A stretch of 64,000 bases of DNA from an uncultured virus (IMG/VR IMGVR_UViG_3300011741_000001). Lineage: Duplodnaviria; Heunggongvirae; Uroviricota; Caudoviricetes. The stretch lies in the IMG/VR virus record IMGVR_UViG_3300011741_000001, positions 1 to 64,000 of that record; one strand, given 5' to 3'. The notes under the pieces are model-generated. The model searched no databases. It was given only the letters and a program-made list of their open reading frames with translations, and was not told the DNA's origin. Position numbers and translations under genes: made by a program. This document shows positions 9,260 to 18,705 of the stretch, one piece after another; position 1 is the first letter of the stretch, and every line of letters starts with the position of its first letter.

Positions 9260-10087
9260 TCAGTGACCCAGCTTATCCAGAAACGCCATCACGTGCGGTT
9301 CGTTCATGAGCTTTAGATTCAGTTTGATGCGATCCATGGTGGTGTCCGCACGCCAGTGGTATTTCTCCGCCGCTTTCAGTACCACCCGCCGGACTTTGAG
9401 GTCTTGGGGTGAGAACATAATCCCGTCACCGAACAGCGTTAAGAACGCTTTGTTAAACGGTACATTCAGCGGTTTGTTGTAGAGCTTGCTGTTCCACTCC
9501 AGATGGGTCTTCAGTTTCCCGGTGTGGGATTCTATCAACGCCAGTTTCGGGAAGTGTTTACGGCTCAGCAAGTCCAGTGGGAGGTGAGTGAGAATGACCG
9601 TATCCTGTTCGCCTTTTATTTCGCAGTCAAACAGTTGCGTGTCCCACAGTTTTTCGTTGCCTACCATGCGGTAAACATCCATTTCCAGACTGTTGTAGAA
9701 AATCTGGCTCTCGGTATTGGCGTTCTTAAACGCCGCTTCCGGGAACATTTTGTTCACCGTTTTGTACTGACACAGGTACGGGACACATACCATCGAAGGG
9801 GCCACTGCCTGAGCAGTGGCTATGATATTTTGGATATCTTCTTCGATGCATGTTCGTATAGTATCAGCCCGCAGGCTATCGCGATTCTCTTCGAACGCGT
9901 AAAACGCGTTACGGAACAACGTCCGGATGTTCAGGTAGAATGCCTGAAACTGATGGATGGGTGGCTGTTCTTTGCCACGGCTCCAGTCGGCGTATTCGCC
10001 GGTGTGGGTCAAGCCTTCCAAAGCCAGCGAACTGGCAATGGAGATAGGGTAATTCCCAAAAACGCGATCAACGCTAATGGGATTCAT
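9260..10087 (-). CDS. Conserved protein (phiKZ gp66 position) with 5'-3' exonuclease/FEN-like motifs, possibly degenerate
   Basis: YLNIRTLFRNAFYAF, VILTHLPLDLL and LFGDG resemble FEN/T4 RNase H motifs; ATGA-type overlap with the upstream nuclease gene. Confidence 0.6.
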   Translation of the reverse strand: MNPISVDRVFGNYPISIASSLALEGLTHTGEYADWSRGKEQPPIHQFQAFYLNIRTLFRNAFYAFEENRDSLRADTIRTCIEEDIQNIIATAQAVAPSMVCVPYLCQYKTVNKMFPEAAFKNANTESQIFYNSLEMDVYRMVGNEKLWDTQLFDCEIKGEQDTVILTHLPLDLLSRKHFPKLALIESHTGKLKTHLEWNSKLYNKPLNVPFNKAFLTLFGDGIMFSPQDLKVRRVVLKAAEKYHWRADTTMDRIKLNLKLMNEPHVMAFLDKLGH

Positions 10088-11244
10088 AACAGGCTCCTGA
10101 CAATATCAGAGGCAACATTGGCATCGTGATTAATCGACGCCATTCTTTCCATGGTAATACTTTCGATATTCTCGAGAGTAATACTGGGTTGGGCAGGCAT
10201 GTTGATATCAAACGCCTGCTGGAGCACCGCTTCCTCTTCAGGAGACGGCAGCTTCTTCCCTTCAATCAAGAAGGGGTACTCTTTCTTCCAGCGGATAACG
10301 TGCTCCGCCAGAGGAGAACCGGCGTGGTACTCTACCGCAAACCGGCCAATGTGCGATGAGGGGTGTTCATCGATAAAACGCAAGGCGTCCAGACAGGCTT
10401 GATATTGCTTGTCGTAGTCGTCCATCAACCCCACCTTACGGTGTGGGCACGCGTTGGGATTTTCATAGAACCAATTGCGAACAACGGTGTCGTTAAAGTC
10501 GACTATCGTCATGCCTTTGGTTTCTTCCTCGCCGTGGGAGAGCCTCTCGACTGATCCCGTTACGGTGATAGCATCCTTCGTCTTGCGACGATGGTCATGG
10601 CCGATATAGATGCCATGCTTCACACGTGACAGCCAGAACTCCTCGTTAAACGAGCGCGGTGACTCGACTGGGAGCTGAAAAGTGAAACAGCCGTGCATGA
10701 AAAAGAAATCGACTTTTTCCAGGCAGCGTGTGGCCATTAACTGCGCCATTTCCTGTTCCGTTGCTAAAGCATTGATCGTATCTGCATTGGCGGCTTTGTA
10801 TTCGTCCTGCACCCAGCCTACGGTCGCTTGAATCGCCTCATCGTAGAAGATACCGATTTTGTCCAAGAACAAACAATCTGCACCGATGGCTAGATTGGCG
10901 TGCTCGAGCATCTTCGACTGACCGTGGTCATGAGACGGCGTACCTTCGGTGACGCGCAGAGCGGTATTGGTGCTTTTACACCAAACCAGCAACCACGTGA
11001 TAAAGCCAATGGCTTCATGCGTGTCCGCCTGACGCAGATAACGGGAGTCTTCAAATAAGTCTCCTGCTATATAAATTGCATCAAGCGTATCGCCACATCC
11101 TTCAATCATTGCTTTAAGCACATTGACCATGTGCCATGTCGGAACACGTTTGTGTAACAGGTGCACATCACTGAGCGCCAGTATCCTCCGCATCCCGACC
11201 GCTTTGGCTATTGGGCTGTAACTATAGTTCGTCCCCGAGACCAT
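10084..11244 (-). CDS. Calcineurin-like metallophosphoesterase, SbcD/Mre11-like nuclease
   Basis: Motifs LSDVHL, AGDLFE, GTPSHD, FMHG, IGHDH, GSVERL. Confidence 0.9.
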   Translation of the reverse strand: MVSGTNYSYSPIAKAVGMRRILALSDVHLLHKRVPTWHMVNVLKAMIEGCGDTLDAIYIAGDLFEDSRYLRQADTHEAIGFITWLLVWCKSTNTALRVTEGTPSHDHGQSKMLEHANLAIGADCLFLDKIGIFYDEAIQATVGWVQDEYKAANADTINALATEQEMAQLMATRCLEKVDFFFMHGCFTFQLPVESPRSFNEEFWLSRVKHGIYIGHDHRRKTKDAITVTGSVERLSHGEEETKGMTIVDFNDTVVRNWFYENPNACPHRKVGLMDDYDKQYQACLDALRFIDEHPSSHIGRFAVEYHAGSPLAEHVIRWKKEYPFLIEGKKLPSPEEEAVLQQAFDINMPAQPSITLENIESITMERMASINHDANVASDIVRSLL

Positions 11245-11863
11245 CTTGACCCCATTTCTTCTTACCGACCGACTGTACGTTGGTCACCGGCTTATCTGCT
11301 TTCGCCAACACACCGGTTAAGCCTTCTGGCATCGGCACACGTCCGTGGACGTTGTAGCGTTCGAAGATGGCATTGATCGTGTTGATGGTGTTGACCGCGC
11401 GGTTCGCATTCTCCTGCGCCATCATCTGATCAATCCCGTCCAGCGTACCTTTAATCAGGCTCGCCATCGCCTCTTCCCCAACCTGCGTAATCAACTGACC
11501 GTGGTTAGAGATTTCCTGCGACTCTTCTGACAGACTCGGCTGGCCTTCCACCTGACGCAACGTCGGGCCGGTATACAACAGTGGTGGGAGTGTGAACAGG
11601 ACTTCTTTCAAATCGTCACTGACCACTTCCAGACCCACAAACATGCTACCGATGTACGTGCCCCAGAGCGTTTCATCAAACGTCCCGTCCACCAACCCTG
11701 ACAGAATCGGCAGACCCTGACGACGGAACTGGCTTTCCGGATAACGGGTGACGCCCTGCACCACGTTCTTCATGTCGCCTTCCATATCCAGCAACAGGTT
11801 CACATGGTAACGTTGTTGCGGGGACAGTTGTGCTAAAGCTTTATCAGCGTCTACACCACTCAT
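11222..11863 (-). CDS. Conserved hypothetical protein of the chimallin block
   Basis: 213-aa ORF translationally coupled to both neighbours. Confidence 0.75.
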   Translation of the reverse strand: MSGVDADKALAQLSPQQRYHVNLLLDMEGDMKNVVQGVTRYPESQFRRQGLPILSGLVDGTFDETLWGTYIGSMFVGLEVVSDDLKEVLFTLPPLLYTGPTLRQVEGQPSLSEESQEISNHGQLITQVGEEAMASLIKGTLDGIDQMMAQENANRAVNTINTINAIFERYNVHGRVPMPEGLTGVLAKADKPVTNVQSVGKKKWGQDGLGDEL

Positions 11864-12243
11864 GAGGTTGCGTCTCCATTCACGGTATACACGTATTGAG
11901 CGGCATCGTAATCTTTGCCATTCTCGGTAACCTTGAGTTCAATAATCAGTTTAAACTTAACATCGCTGTCTTCGACCCACGCCCAGTCGACATTACATTC
12001 GACGTTATCCGTGCCAAACACATTACCGTACAGCGCCAGCAGATCCGCATTCACCTGTTCGGCTAACGCATCCGGGTTCTGGCTGTGATCGGCTTGTGCA
12101 GCCGCCATGGAGCGGATGTTGCCACGGAACACGATGCTCTGGGACTGACCCGACTCGGTATAGTGGTTCATCAACTCACGGATTTTATCTTTCGGCGTCT
12201 TTGCCCATCCGCGGGTTGACACCGTTCCTACTGCAACGACCAT
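11860..12243 (-). CDS. Hypothetical protein, possibly gp25-like (baseplate/sheath initiator) fold
   Basis: 127 aa, GGAG RBS; helix followed by alternating beta strands reminiscent of gp25 (weak). Confidence 0.6.
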   Translation of the reverse strand: MVVAVGTVSTRGWAKTPKDKIRELMNHYTESGQSQSIVFRGNIRSMAAAQADHSQNPDALAEQVNADLLALYGNVFGTDNVECNVDWAWVEDSDVKFKLIIELKVTENGKDYDAAQYVYTVNGDATS

Positions 12244-12255
12244 ATTTCACTCCAA

Positions 12256-12287
12256 CAAAAAAAGAGGGGCGACCCCGCCCCCTCTTT
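12256..12287 (-). terminator. Intrinsic terminator
   Basis: AAAGAGGGG...CCCCTCTTT hairpin followed by a U-tract on the minus strand. Confidence 0.8.
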
Positions 12288-12293
12288 AATTTA

Positions 12294-12878
12294 TCAGCAC
12301 GACGCGTTGAGTTGCGAACACGGGTCAGCATCTTCCCAATCGAAGTCACGCATGGTACGCCAGTTCATCTGGATAATTTGCTTATCAAAGATGTCCGGAC
12401 GATTCACACGGGCTTCGTCGGTGACCCAGTTCCAAATCTTCTCGTCATACTCGGTTGACATGCCGCTGGTAATATCGCGATAGTTGGCATCAGTGTGCAT
12501 GTACGCACTACCACGATATTTATCCACTTTCGAATACCCGTTCTCATAGCCCGCCGCCATATTCTGATTATACAGATTACGGTACTCCGGCATCGCCACG
12601 AGATAACCCTGCATCGTTTCCGACGCATGTTGGAACTGACCGATATCTTCAATGATTCGAATGATATTGTCGTTCGCACCATGCAGCAGTTTACGCGCTG
12701 CAGCGTCTGTTTTACGGAACATATCCAGCGACACGATTTGCTCACGATGCTGTTGCACCCGGCCAAGCAGATCAGGAGCTAATGATGTCAAGTCGAACGT
12801 TTGTTTCACCGTTTCGAAAAAGCCACCACCTTCTGACTGTCGATGCCACGCAGAGAGCGATTGTGTCCACATACCCAT
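12294..12878 (-). CDS. Conserved protein downstream of nvRNAP beta'N (phiKZ gp59 position)
   Basis: 194 aa, AGGAG RBS, syntenic position. Confidence 0.7.
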   Translation of the reverse strand: MGMWTQSLSAWHRQSEGGGFFETVKQTFDLTSLAPDLLGRVQQHREQIVSLDMFRKTDAAARKLLHGANDNIIRIIEDIGQFQHASETMQGYLVAMPEYRNLYNQNMAAGYENGYSKVDKYRGSAYMHTDANYRDITSGMSTEYDEKIWNWVTDEARVNRPDIFDKQIIQMNWRTMRDFDWEDADPCSQLNASC

Positions 12879-12900
12879 TCAAATGACTCCTTACTGTTTA

Positions 12901-14490
12901 CTACAGGTTTTCTAACGCAATACCTACTTCATCATCCTCATCTGCTTCAATGAGGAACTGGTTCTGCATAGAGATGAGTTCGTTATGTAAAATCATGCCA
13001 TGTTCGACCTGATCCACATTCGTTGATGACATGAAGCCCTGATCCGGACGATACGCCTCGGCCAGTTCCATCTCCAGTTTGTCCACCGGACGGTACACCA
13101 TGAACTGGTCGCCATCGAAATCGCCGTTGGCCATCTTGATGACGCGATCGGAGATACGGATAGAACACTGGTTGACATCGGTGACAATCTCATCAATGTA
13201 CAACAACTGCATCGACAACTGTACCAGCGTCGGGTTACGTAACACCACGACCGGAATACCGATGCCGCCCGGGGTTTCGCGAATCAGTTCTTTTAAGATC
13301 TCATCCACTTCCGGCATGTACTGCATTGCGGCTTTCGCCACGATTCGTTCACACTCACGAGAGGAGTAGCCCCGACGTAAGAGTTTGTTTTCGATGTCCA
13401 CGGACATAATGCCAATGGTCCAGCGCCACGGTGCTTTGAGCTTCCACGCATCATGCGGTTCGGAGATAGGTGAGATTGTCGCACGACCCGACCACGGTAT
13501 GTGCGTTGAACTGACCTTACCACGATACATGCCCGGTTTCTGCTCGAGTACCTCACGACGGAAGTCCATGTGGAAATACGTGAGCTGACGGTTGGCCTTA
13601 ATCGCACGAGAGATTAAGTGACGCGGTTCCACTACACGGCCACGGGTATACAGCAGGCTGATGTTCTTCACGGCATCAATCGCACCGGTATAGACCGGGT
13701 CAATCATGATCCCACGACGCCCTTCTTCCGACACAATCAACTTCGATGAGATAACCGGCAAGTGCTGTGTCAGTACCGCATGACCCTGGGTTTCAAAGAA
13801 CTCCACCCATTGTGCCCGCAGCAGTTCACAGGTACCCGCATTCTGACGCTTCAGTGGGAACAACTGGTTCCAGTTATCCGGCTGGGTCAGGATCTTAAAG
13901 ATGCTGCGATGACGGTCCACGAAATTACCGATGCCGCGCTCGTAACCGTGCTCTTCCAGTATACGTTTCACTACCTGCATTCTTGCAGAGTCGTTATCGT
14001 CCGGACGGTAGTACGGGTCAAGCATCCACATCATCAAATCGGAACCACGATCAACCGTGACTTTGTTACGGTCGAACTTCTTCATTTTACCGCCGAAGAA
14101 CGCGTTGAACATTGCCCAGAAACGTGGGTTAACAAAATACCCCATCTCTTCCGGTGCGCGAATCCACACTTCTGATTCAATACGGTGTTCAGTCACCGAA
14201 TATCCGCAGGTTGGGCAGACGACACCGAGATTATAACGATGGGCAATCGGACGTTCGCAGGTGATACTACAGATAGGTGCGCTGTTGAGCTTTTCATCGA
14301 CGATGCGGTTCTGTACCAACTGGTCGATTTCTTCTGCAACCTGCACCGGGTCACCGGTTCGTGCGATATCGTTGATGATCGTCGGGGGCTTAATGTTCTT
14401 CGCCGCTGCTTCGATAAGAAGATCGCGCAGATAATTATCCTGACTCTCCAGACGGCCGGAGATTCCGTAATAAGTCGGCTGTTTATGCAC
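12901..14490 (-). CDS. Non-virion RNA polymerase beta' N-terminal catalytic subunit (phiKZ gp55/56.1-like), intron-less
   Basis: Zn ribbon C..C...CPTC, WSGRATI, LRNPTL, catalytic NGDFDGD; GAGGT RBS before GTG. Confidence 0.93.
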   Translation of the reverse strand: MHKQPTYYGISGRLESQDNYLRDLLIEAAAKNIKPPTIINDIARTGDPVQVAEEIDQLVQNRIVDEKLNSAPICSITCERPIAHRYNLGVVCPTCGYSVTEHRIESEVWIRAPEEMGYFVNPRFWAMFNAFFGGKMKKFDRNKVTVDRGSDLMMWMLDPYYRPDDNDSARMQVVKRILEEHGYERGIGNFVDRHRSIFKILTQPDNWNQLFPLKRQNAGTCELLRAQWVEFFETQGHAVLTQHLPVISSKLIVSEEGRRGIMIDPVYTGAIDAVKNISLLYTRGRVVEPRHLISRAIKANRQLTYFHMDFRREVLEQKPGMYRGKVSSTHIPWSGRATISPISEPHDAWKLKAPWRWTIGIMSVDIENKLLRRGYSSRECERIVAKAAMQYMPEVDEILKELIRETPGGIGIPVVVLRNPTLVQLSMQLLYIDEIVTDVNQCSIRISDRVIKMANGDFDGDQFMVYRPVDKLEMELAEAYRPDQGFMSSTNVDQVEHGMILHNELISMQNQFLIEADEDDEVGIALENL

Positions 14491-14573
14491 ACTTACCTCA
14501 CTGACAAAAAAAGATAGAGTGGGAAGGGGTGTTACCCCCTTCCCGGTTACTGCAATGTCTTACGACAGCTCAA

Positions 14574-16379
14574 TTAGAAATTGAAGCTGCTGGTACCGCC
14601 CAGGTTCAGGCCGAAGTCAGACAGAGCGCTGCCGTTGTTCGAACCAGACAGGGTCAGGTTGGTTTTGCCTTCGTCGAAGAACAGTGCGTTGGACGCAGAG
14701 TCGTACTCGTTCACGCCGTTCAGCTGGAAGGTACCGGCGTGTTTACGCACAGATTCCAGCAGGACTTTCGCGAACACTGGGTTGGTCGCCATATCCAGCG
14801 ATTCGCCCGTTGCACGGCCGTCACGTGAAGCGTACATGCTCACAGACAGACGCAGCAGGTACAGACGCTGCTGATGCTCATCCAGCTCACGGTTGTAGAA
14901 GGACTGCGCGTGCAGGTAGCGCACAACGTCAGCCTGCTTATCACCGAGGTGAGTCGCAACAGACACCAGATCCATATCCGCGTAAGAACGCTTCTGACCA
15001 TCCTGCACGTACTGACCAGCGATGGTCGGTACTGCTGCTGAGATGATGTGCTGTGCAACGATACGCTCTGGTTTACCCAGTGCGGCTGCCAGCCAGTTGC
15101 GGAACTTACCACCGTTCGCATCGGCAGGGAACATACCGTCCAGAATAGACAGCAGTTGCGCCAGTGCGTTGTCGCTACCTACAGCTACTTCAGCCATCAG
15201 CGTAGACAGGCCACCCAGACCGTTGGCCGCACGGTGAGAAATCACCAGCGCTGCCTGAGACGGGCAGAACATTTCCAGTGCAGACTTCAGCAGCTCTTTG
15301 TTGCCATCGAGTTTGCTTACGTCAACTTTGGTATCGGTACCCCACACCAGATACTGCGCCAGTGCTGAGAACTTACGATCGGATTTGTTCAGTTTGCCGA
15401 GGGCAATGTCACGCCAGCCGCCACGTGCCGCGATATCAGCGAAGCCTGCCAGAGTCAGGAGCTGACGCTCGTACGGTACAGAAGAACCTTCCTGCTGTGA
15501 ATCCATCAGAGACACAACCACTTCGCCCTGCATCTGGCGACGGTTGATAACGCCGTTCTCTTCTTTCTTCACACCGGTGAAGCGCAGGTTAACGAAGCCC
15601 GCCGCTTTGGTACGCGGTACCACTTTACCCTGACCGTCAGACAGCAGAGTCGCTTCGTTCTGATCGGTGTTCTGAGACTGGTGAGTCATCAGGATACCGA
15701 AGTCAGCACGCTGTGCGTGGCCGTTCGCATCAATCACAGAACCGCTGGAGATTTCAGCAACGTTCAGGTTGAAGCGGTCAGCTTTGCCCAGAGTCAGTTT
15801 ACCGAGGTAGCCCGGTGCACGACCGAAGATACCCATGAGCATCTGACCCATGATGCCGATAGCCCACTGCGGGTCCATGGTTTTACCCAGATCCGGAACA
15901 GTGTTCAGCGCCATGTGGTGCAGGTTGTCCATGCCGTAGTTTTTCTGCAGGTCAGCAGAAATCGCGTCACGCACTTTCTCATTCACCAGAGACGGAATGG
16001 TGTAGTAGCTTTCGACGTTGTTGTTGGTGGTGATACGGAAGCTGTCGCCTTTCTCGAACAGCACCAGACCGTACAGCCATGCGCCGTTATACTGGCCAGC
16101 AACGAATGCCGCAGAACCGAAGTCGGAGTTGCTGATAGATTCAACAACGCCGTATTTGAACTGGTTGAGGTTCGGGTTTTCTTTCTTCAGCTCATCGAGT
16201 GCTGCGCAGAAAGCGCCAGCCATGCTCGAGATTGAAACCAGACCGAAGGACTTATCCCATGAGGTGGCTGTACCCAAACCATTGAATGCGCCGGTGTTGT
16301 TCACAGTCGGCTGAACTTCTGGCTGTGCAGTAGCGGCAACACCAGCGTTTACTTTTGAAACTTCAACTTCTTTAACCAT
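14574..16379 (-). CDS. chmA: Chimallin, major phage nuclear shell protein (phiKZ gp54-like)
   Basis: 601 aa immediately upstream of nvRNAP beta'N; strongly biased codons, disordered N- and C-termini, early-type promoter motifs upstream, terminator downstream. Confidence 0.82.
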   Translation of the reverse strand: MVKEVEVSKVNAGVAATAQPEVQPTVNNTGAFNGLGTATSWDKSFGLVSISSMAGAFCAALDELKKENPNLNQFKYGVVESISNSDFGSAAFVAGQYNGAWLYGLVLFEKGDSFRITTNNNVESYYTIPSLVNEKVRDAISADLQKNYGMDNLHHMALNTVPDLGKTMDPQWAIGIMGQMLMGIFGRAPGYLGKLTLGKADRFNLNVAEISSGSVIDANGHAQRADFGILMTHQSQNTDQNEATLLSDGQGKVVPRTKAAGFVNLRFTGVKKEENGVINRRQMQGEVVVSLMDSQQEGSSVPYERQLLTLAGFADIAARGGWRDIALGKLNKSDRKFSALAQYLVWGTDTKVDVSKLDGNKELLKSALEMFCPSQAALVISHRAANGLGGLSTLMAEVAVGSDNALAQLLSILDGMFPADANGGKFRNWLAAALGKPERIVAQHIISAAVPTIAGQYVQDGQKRSYADMDLVSVATHLGDKQADVVRYLHAQSFYNRELDEHQQRLYLLRLSVSMYASRDGRATGESLDMATNPVFAKVLLESVRKHAGTFQLNGVNEYDSASNALFFDEGKTNLTLSGSNNGSALSDFGLNLGGTSSFNF

Positions 16380-16575
16380 GGTAAATATTCCTTAAGGATA
16401 GTAGATAGGTTGGTACATCACGGTAATAATATCTGCCTGTGATATTTTACAATGCAAGTAGCCGTCGCTAATCACAAACACATAGCAGATTCATTGACCG
16501 CTTTGTCACATAGATAATATACATCTGTATTTTTTTAGATTGTAGGATTTCCTATGTGTAGCCAAGGAGACTCTC

Positions 16576-17640
16576 ATGTTCACTCAAGCCGATTTAAACC
16601 AAGCAGCCGTCAAGGGACATAACCTCGACCAGTCTGCCATAGAGATAGCCCGTGCTGTAAAAAACAACCAACAGCGGATTCGCAACTATTTCGAATCGGT
16701 TGACAAACGTGTGATGTCCGGTGCGTTAATCCTGAAAGTGTTGGCCTCAGTCGGCTACGCTGCAGGAGAAGATAATTACGAAGACATTGAATGGGCCTGC
16801 CGTCGTAAGGTGGCGGGTATCGGGAGCGCGCTTAAGCTTAGCTCCGTCGGTGAGTTCGGCCAACTCCATAATGGCCAGTTCATCCCGAATCAGGATGAGT
16901 TGATTACGCTGGTTGCCAGACCCGTCGATCCTGACCTGCACTTTCAGGACTATACCCCGTGCACGTTCCTGTATCACGAGTACACCAATCTGAACTGGCA
17001 ACTCGGAAACAACAAACCACGTGGCTTAGCCATTATCGAAATCAATCTGGTTGCGCTGATTTGGCAATACACGAAAGCCGTCAGCTACTACCGTCGTAGT
17101 GGGATTCAGATTACCACGGGTGTCTACGCCGATCGCCACATCCTCTCAAGGATGCTGCCGTCGTACATGGACATCGCGTACCTGAACATTCACCGTCGAC
17201 TGGCAATGGAACTCGAGATTGAAGCCGACTTACCGACACGCGTCATCCCCGTCCCTGCATTACAGCGCCTCGCCATTAAGTCCGCCGAGAACATCCGTCG
17301 GAACTTATTGAACGGGTCACCGTTACCCGCAGTCGTGTTAATCCACATCCCACAGTTCTTTACGGAACCGGACAGGAATGCGGTTGACCGCGTGCTGTTT
17401 AAAGACGGGGGGATGACCATACAGGGGCAATGGCCACGGGAGATAGTGAACTGGTACTGGGCACTGTTCTGTTATCAGTACGATAACCCGGCCATGCAGA
17501 AGTTCAAGTCGAACCTACAGAACGACTTAGACCGCTTTGCTGACCTGAACGTATTGAACAAACTGCCGAAAGCAATGTACAACTACATTCGTCACAGCCT
17601 GTTGTTCCCCCTGTACACCGTTCTGGAAAATCAAAATTAA
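16576..17640 (+). CDS. Conserved protein divergent from chimallin (phiKZ gp52 position; likely virion-associated)
   Basis: 354 aa, AAGGAG RBS, TATG motif at 16553. Confidence 0.75.
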   Translation: MFTQADLNQAAVKGHNLDQSAIEIARAVKNNQQRIRNYFESVDKRVMSGALILKVLASVGYAAGEDNYEDIEWACRRKVAGIGSALKLSSVGEFGQLHNGQFIPNQDELITLVARPVDPDLHFQDYTPCTFLYHEYTNLNWQLGNNKPRGLAIIEINLVALIWQYTKAVSYYRRSGIQITTGVYADRHILSRMLPSYMDIAYLNIHRRLAMELEIEADLPTRVIPVPALQRLAIKSAENIRRNLLNGSPLPAVVLIHIPQFFTEPDRNAVDRVLFKDGGMTIQGQWPREIVNWYWALFCYQYDNPAMQKFKSNLQNDLDRFADLNVLNKLPKAMYNYIRHSLLFPLYTVLENQN

Positions 17641-17723
17641 CTCCCGTCGCAGAAACACCCCGTAGAGTGCTTCATAGTATATAGGTAAAACTCCTGCACC
17701 TTTCGGTGCAGGGTTACTTATTT

Positions 17724-18056
17724 TTATTTGTCGTTGCGCACGGTCATCACTGGCAGCCCGGATACGAAATCATCGTAGCTGAGGTTGCGGTAATACAGCA
17801 TGTTCACTTCACCCTGCTCCGTTACGACGTCTGTGGGTTCGTCAATCTCGACGGAACCATGGGCGTAGGAGTAAAGCTTGGCGGGGTCTTGTCCTTCGTA
17901 GACCTGCTTCCCCATGTAGCTACTTTCCAACCGTTTAAAGTCGGGGTGGTCTTCTAAGAACTTTACTGCGGCCTGATAGGGAGTACGGTGCAACGAGGCA
18001 CCTACTGGGCGTTCATCTTTTTCACCTGGTGTGACGCAGAAATACAGCTTAACCAT
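17724..18056 (-). CDS. Hypothetical protein
   Basis: 110 aa, AAGGAG RBS, terminator at about 17694-17713. Confidence 0.7.
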   Translation of the reverse strand: MVKLYFCVTPGEKDERPVGASLHRTPYQAAVKFLEDHPDFKRLESSYMGKQVYEGQDPAKLYSYAHGSVEIDEPTDVVTEQGEVNMLYYRNLSYDDFVSGLPVMTVRNDK

Positions 18057-18065
18057 GATTGCTCC

Positions 18066-18368
18066 TTACAGTTTAATTTCATAGAACGACATGATGCGCA
18101 ATTCAGCCCAGGTTCGTGCAGTGTGACCCACCACTTTTTTCTCGAACTCCACATCACCTTCCTCATTTTGAATGAAGAAAGTAAAGTCGGGCAGTGGGAC
18201 GTCTTTCGAATAAATGATGGGCATTCCGTCATCACGATGGTCGTAGTGTGCTAACTGATCCACCGGGTCGAACGCATGTAAGAGCGCGACGAATGTCTTT
18301 TCTTCCGATGGATGGGACGTGCAGAGAGAACGTCCGTCTTTTACAAAATGGATGGTGTAGCGTTTCAC
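18066..18368 (-). CDS. Hypothetical protein
   Basis: 100 aa, GAGGAG RBS, GTGA overlap. Confidence 0.7.
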   Translation of the reverse strand: MKRYTIHFVKDGRSLCTSHPSEEKTFVALLHAFDPVDQLAHYDHRDDGMPIIYSKDVPLPDFTFFIQNEEGDVEFEKKVVGHTARTWAELRIMSFYEIKL

Positions 18369-18562
18369 AGCATCTCCTCGGTCACAATCCCGTTGGACTG
18401 CACACTACGTTTCTTTTTCGGGTCATACGCCGTGAAGTGAATGTGGCGAGGGTGGATACGATGACAGATTATCTGTTCCAGTCCCCGCTCTTCTAACTCC
18501 TTGCGTATTTCCGACGCCTTGGCGGCAGCCGCAGCCACCGCCTTCTGATCGTTATAACTCAT
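18365..18562 (-). CDS. Hypothetical protein
   Basis: 65 aa, coupled overlaps on both sides. Confidence 0.6.
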   Translation of the reverse strand: MSYNDQKAVAAAAAKASEIRKELEERGLEQIICHRIHPRHIHFTAYDPKKKRSVQSNGIVTEEML

Positions 18563-18705
18563 TGGCGATGCTCAGGCAACGGACGGAGACCCCGCACCAC
18601 CACGCTGTTGTTGCTGGCCACTGATCCCATTTCCATTTCCACCACACGCTGCTGCAAATCAACCAGCACACTTTCCACCCGACGGCGGAACGCCTGCTCA
18701 ATCAT
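18559..18705 (-). CDS. Small hypothetical protein (48 aa, MIEQAF...)
   Basis: ATG 18705 overlaps the polymerase stop region; its stop overlaps the next ATG (ATGA). Confidence 0.5.
   Translation of the reverse strand: MIEQAFRRRVESVLVDLQQRVVEMEMGSVASNNSVVVRGLRPLPEHRQ

Noticed and set aside
1076..14490. Group I introns, homing endonucleases or inteins in RNAP genes, as in phiKZ
   Set aside because: The nvRNAP genes here, and the vRNAP, polymerase and terminase genes, are continuous ORFs of expected size without recognisable intein or endonuclease motifs
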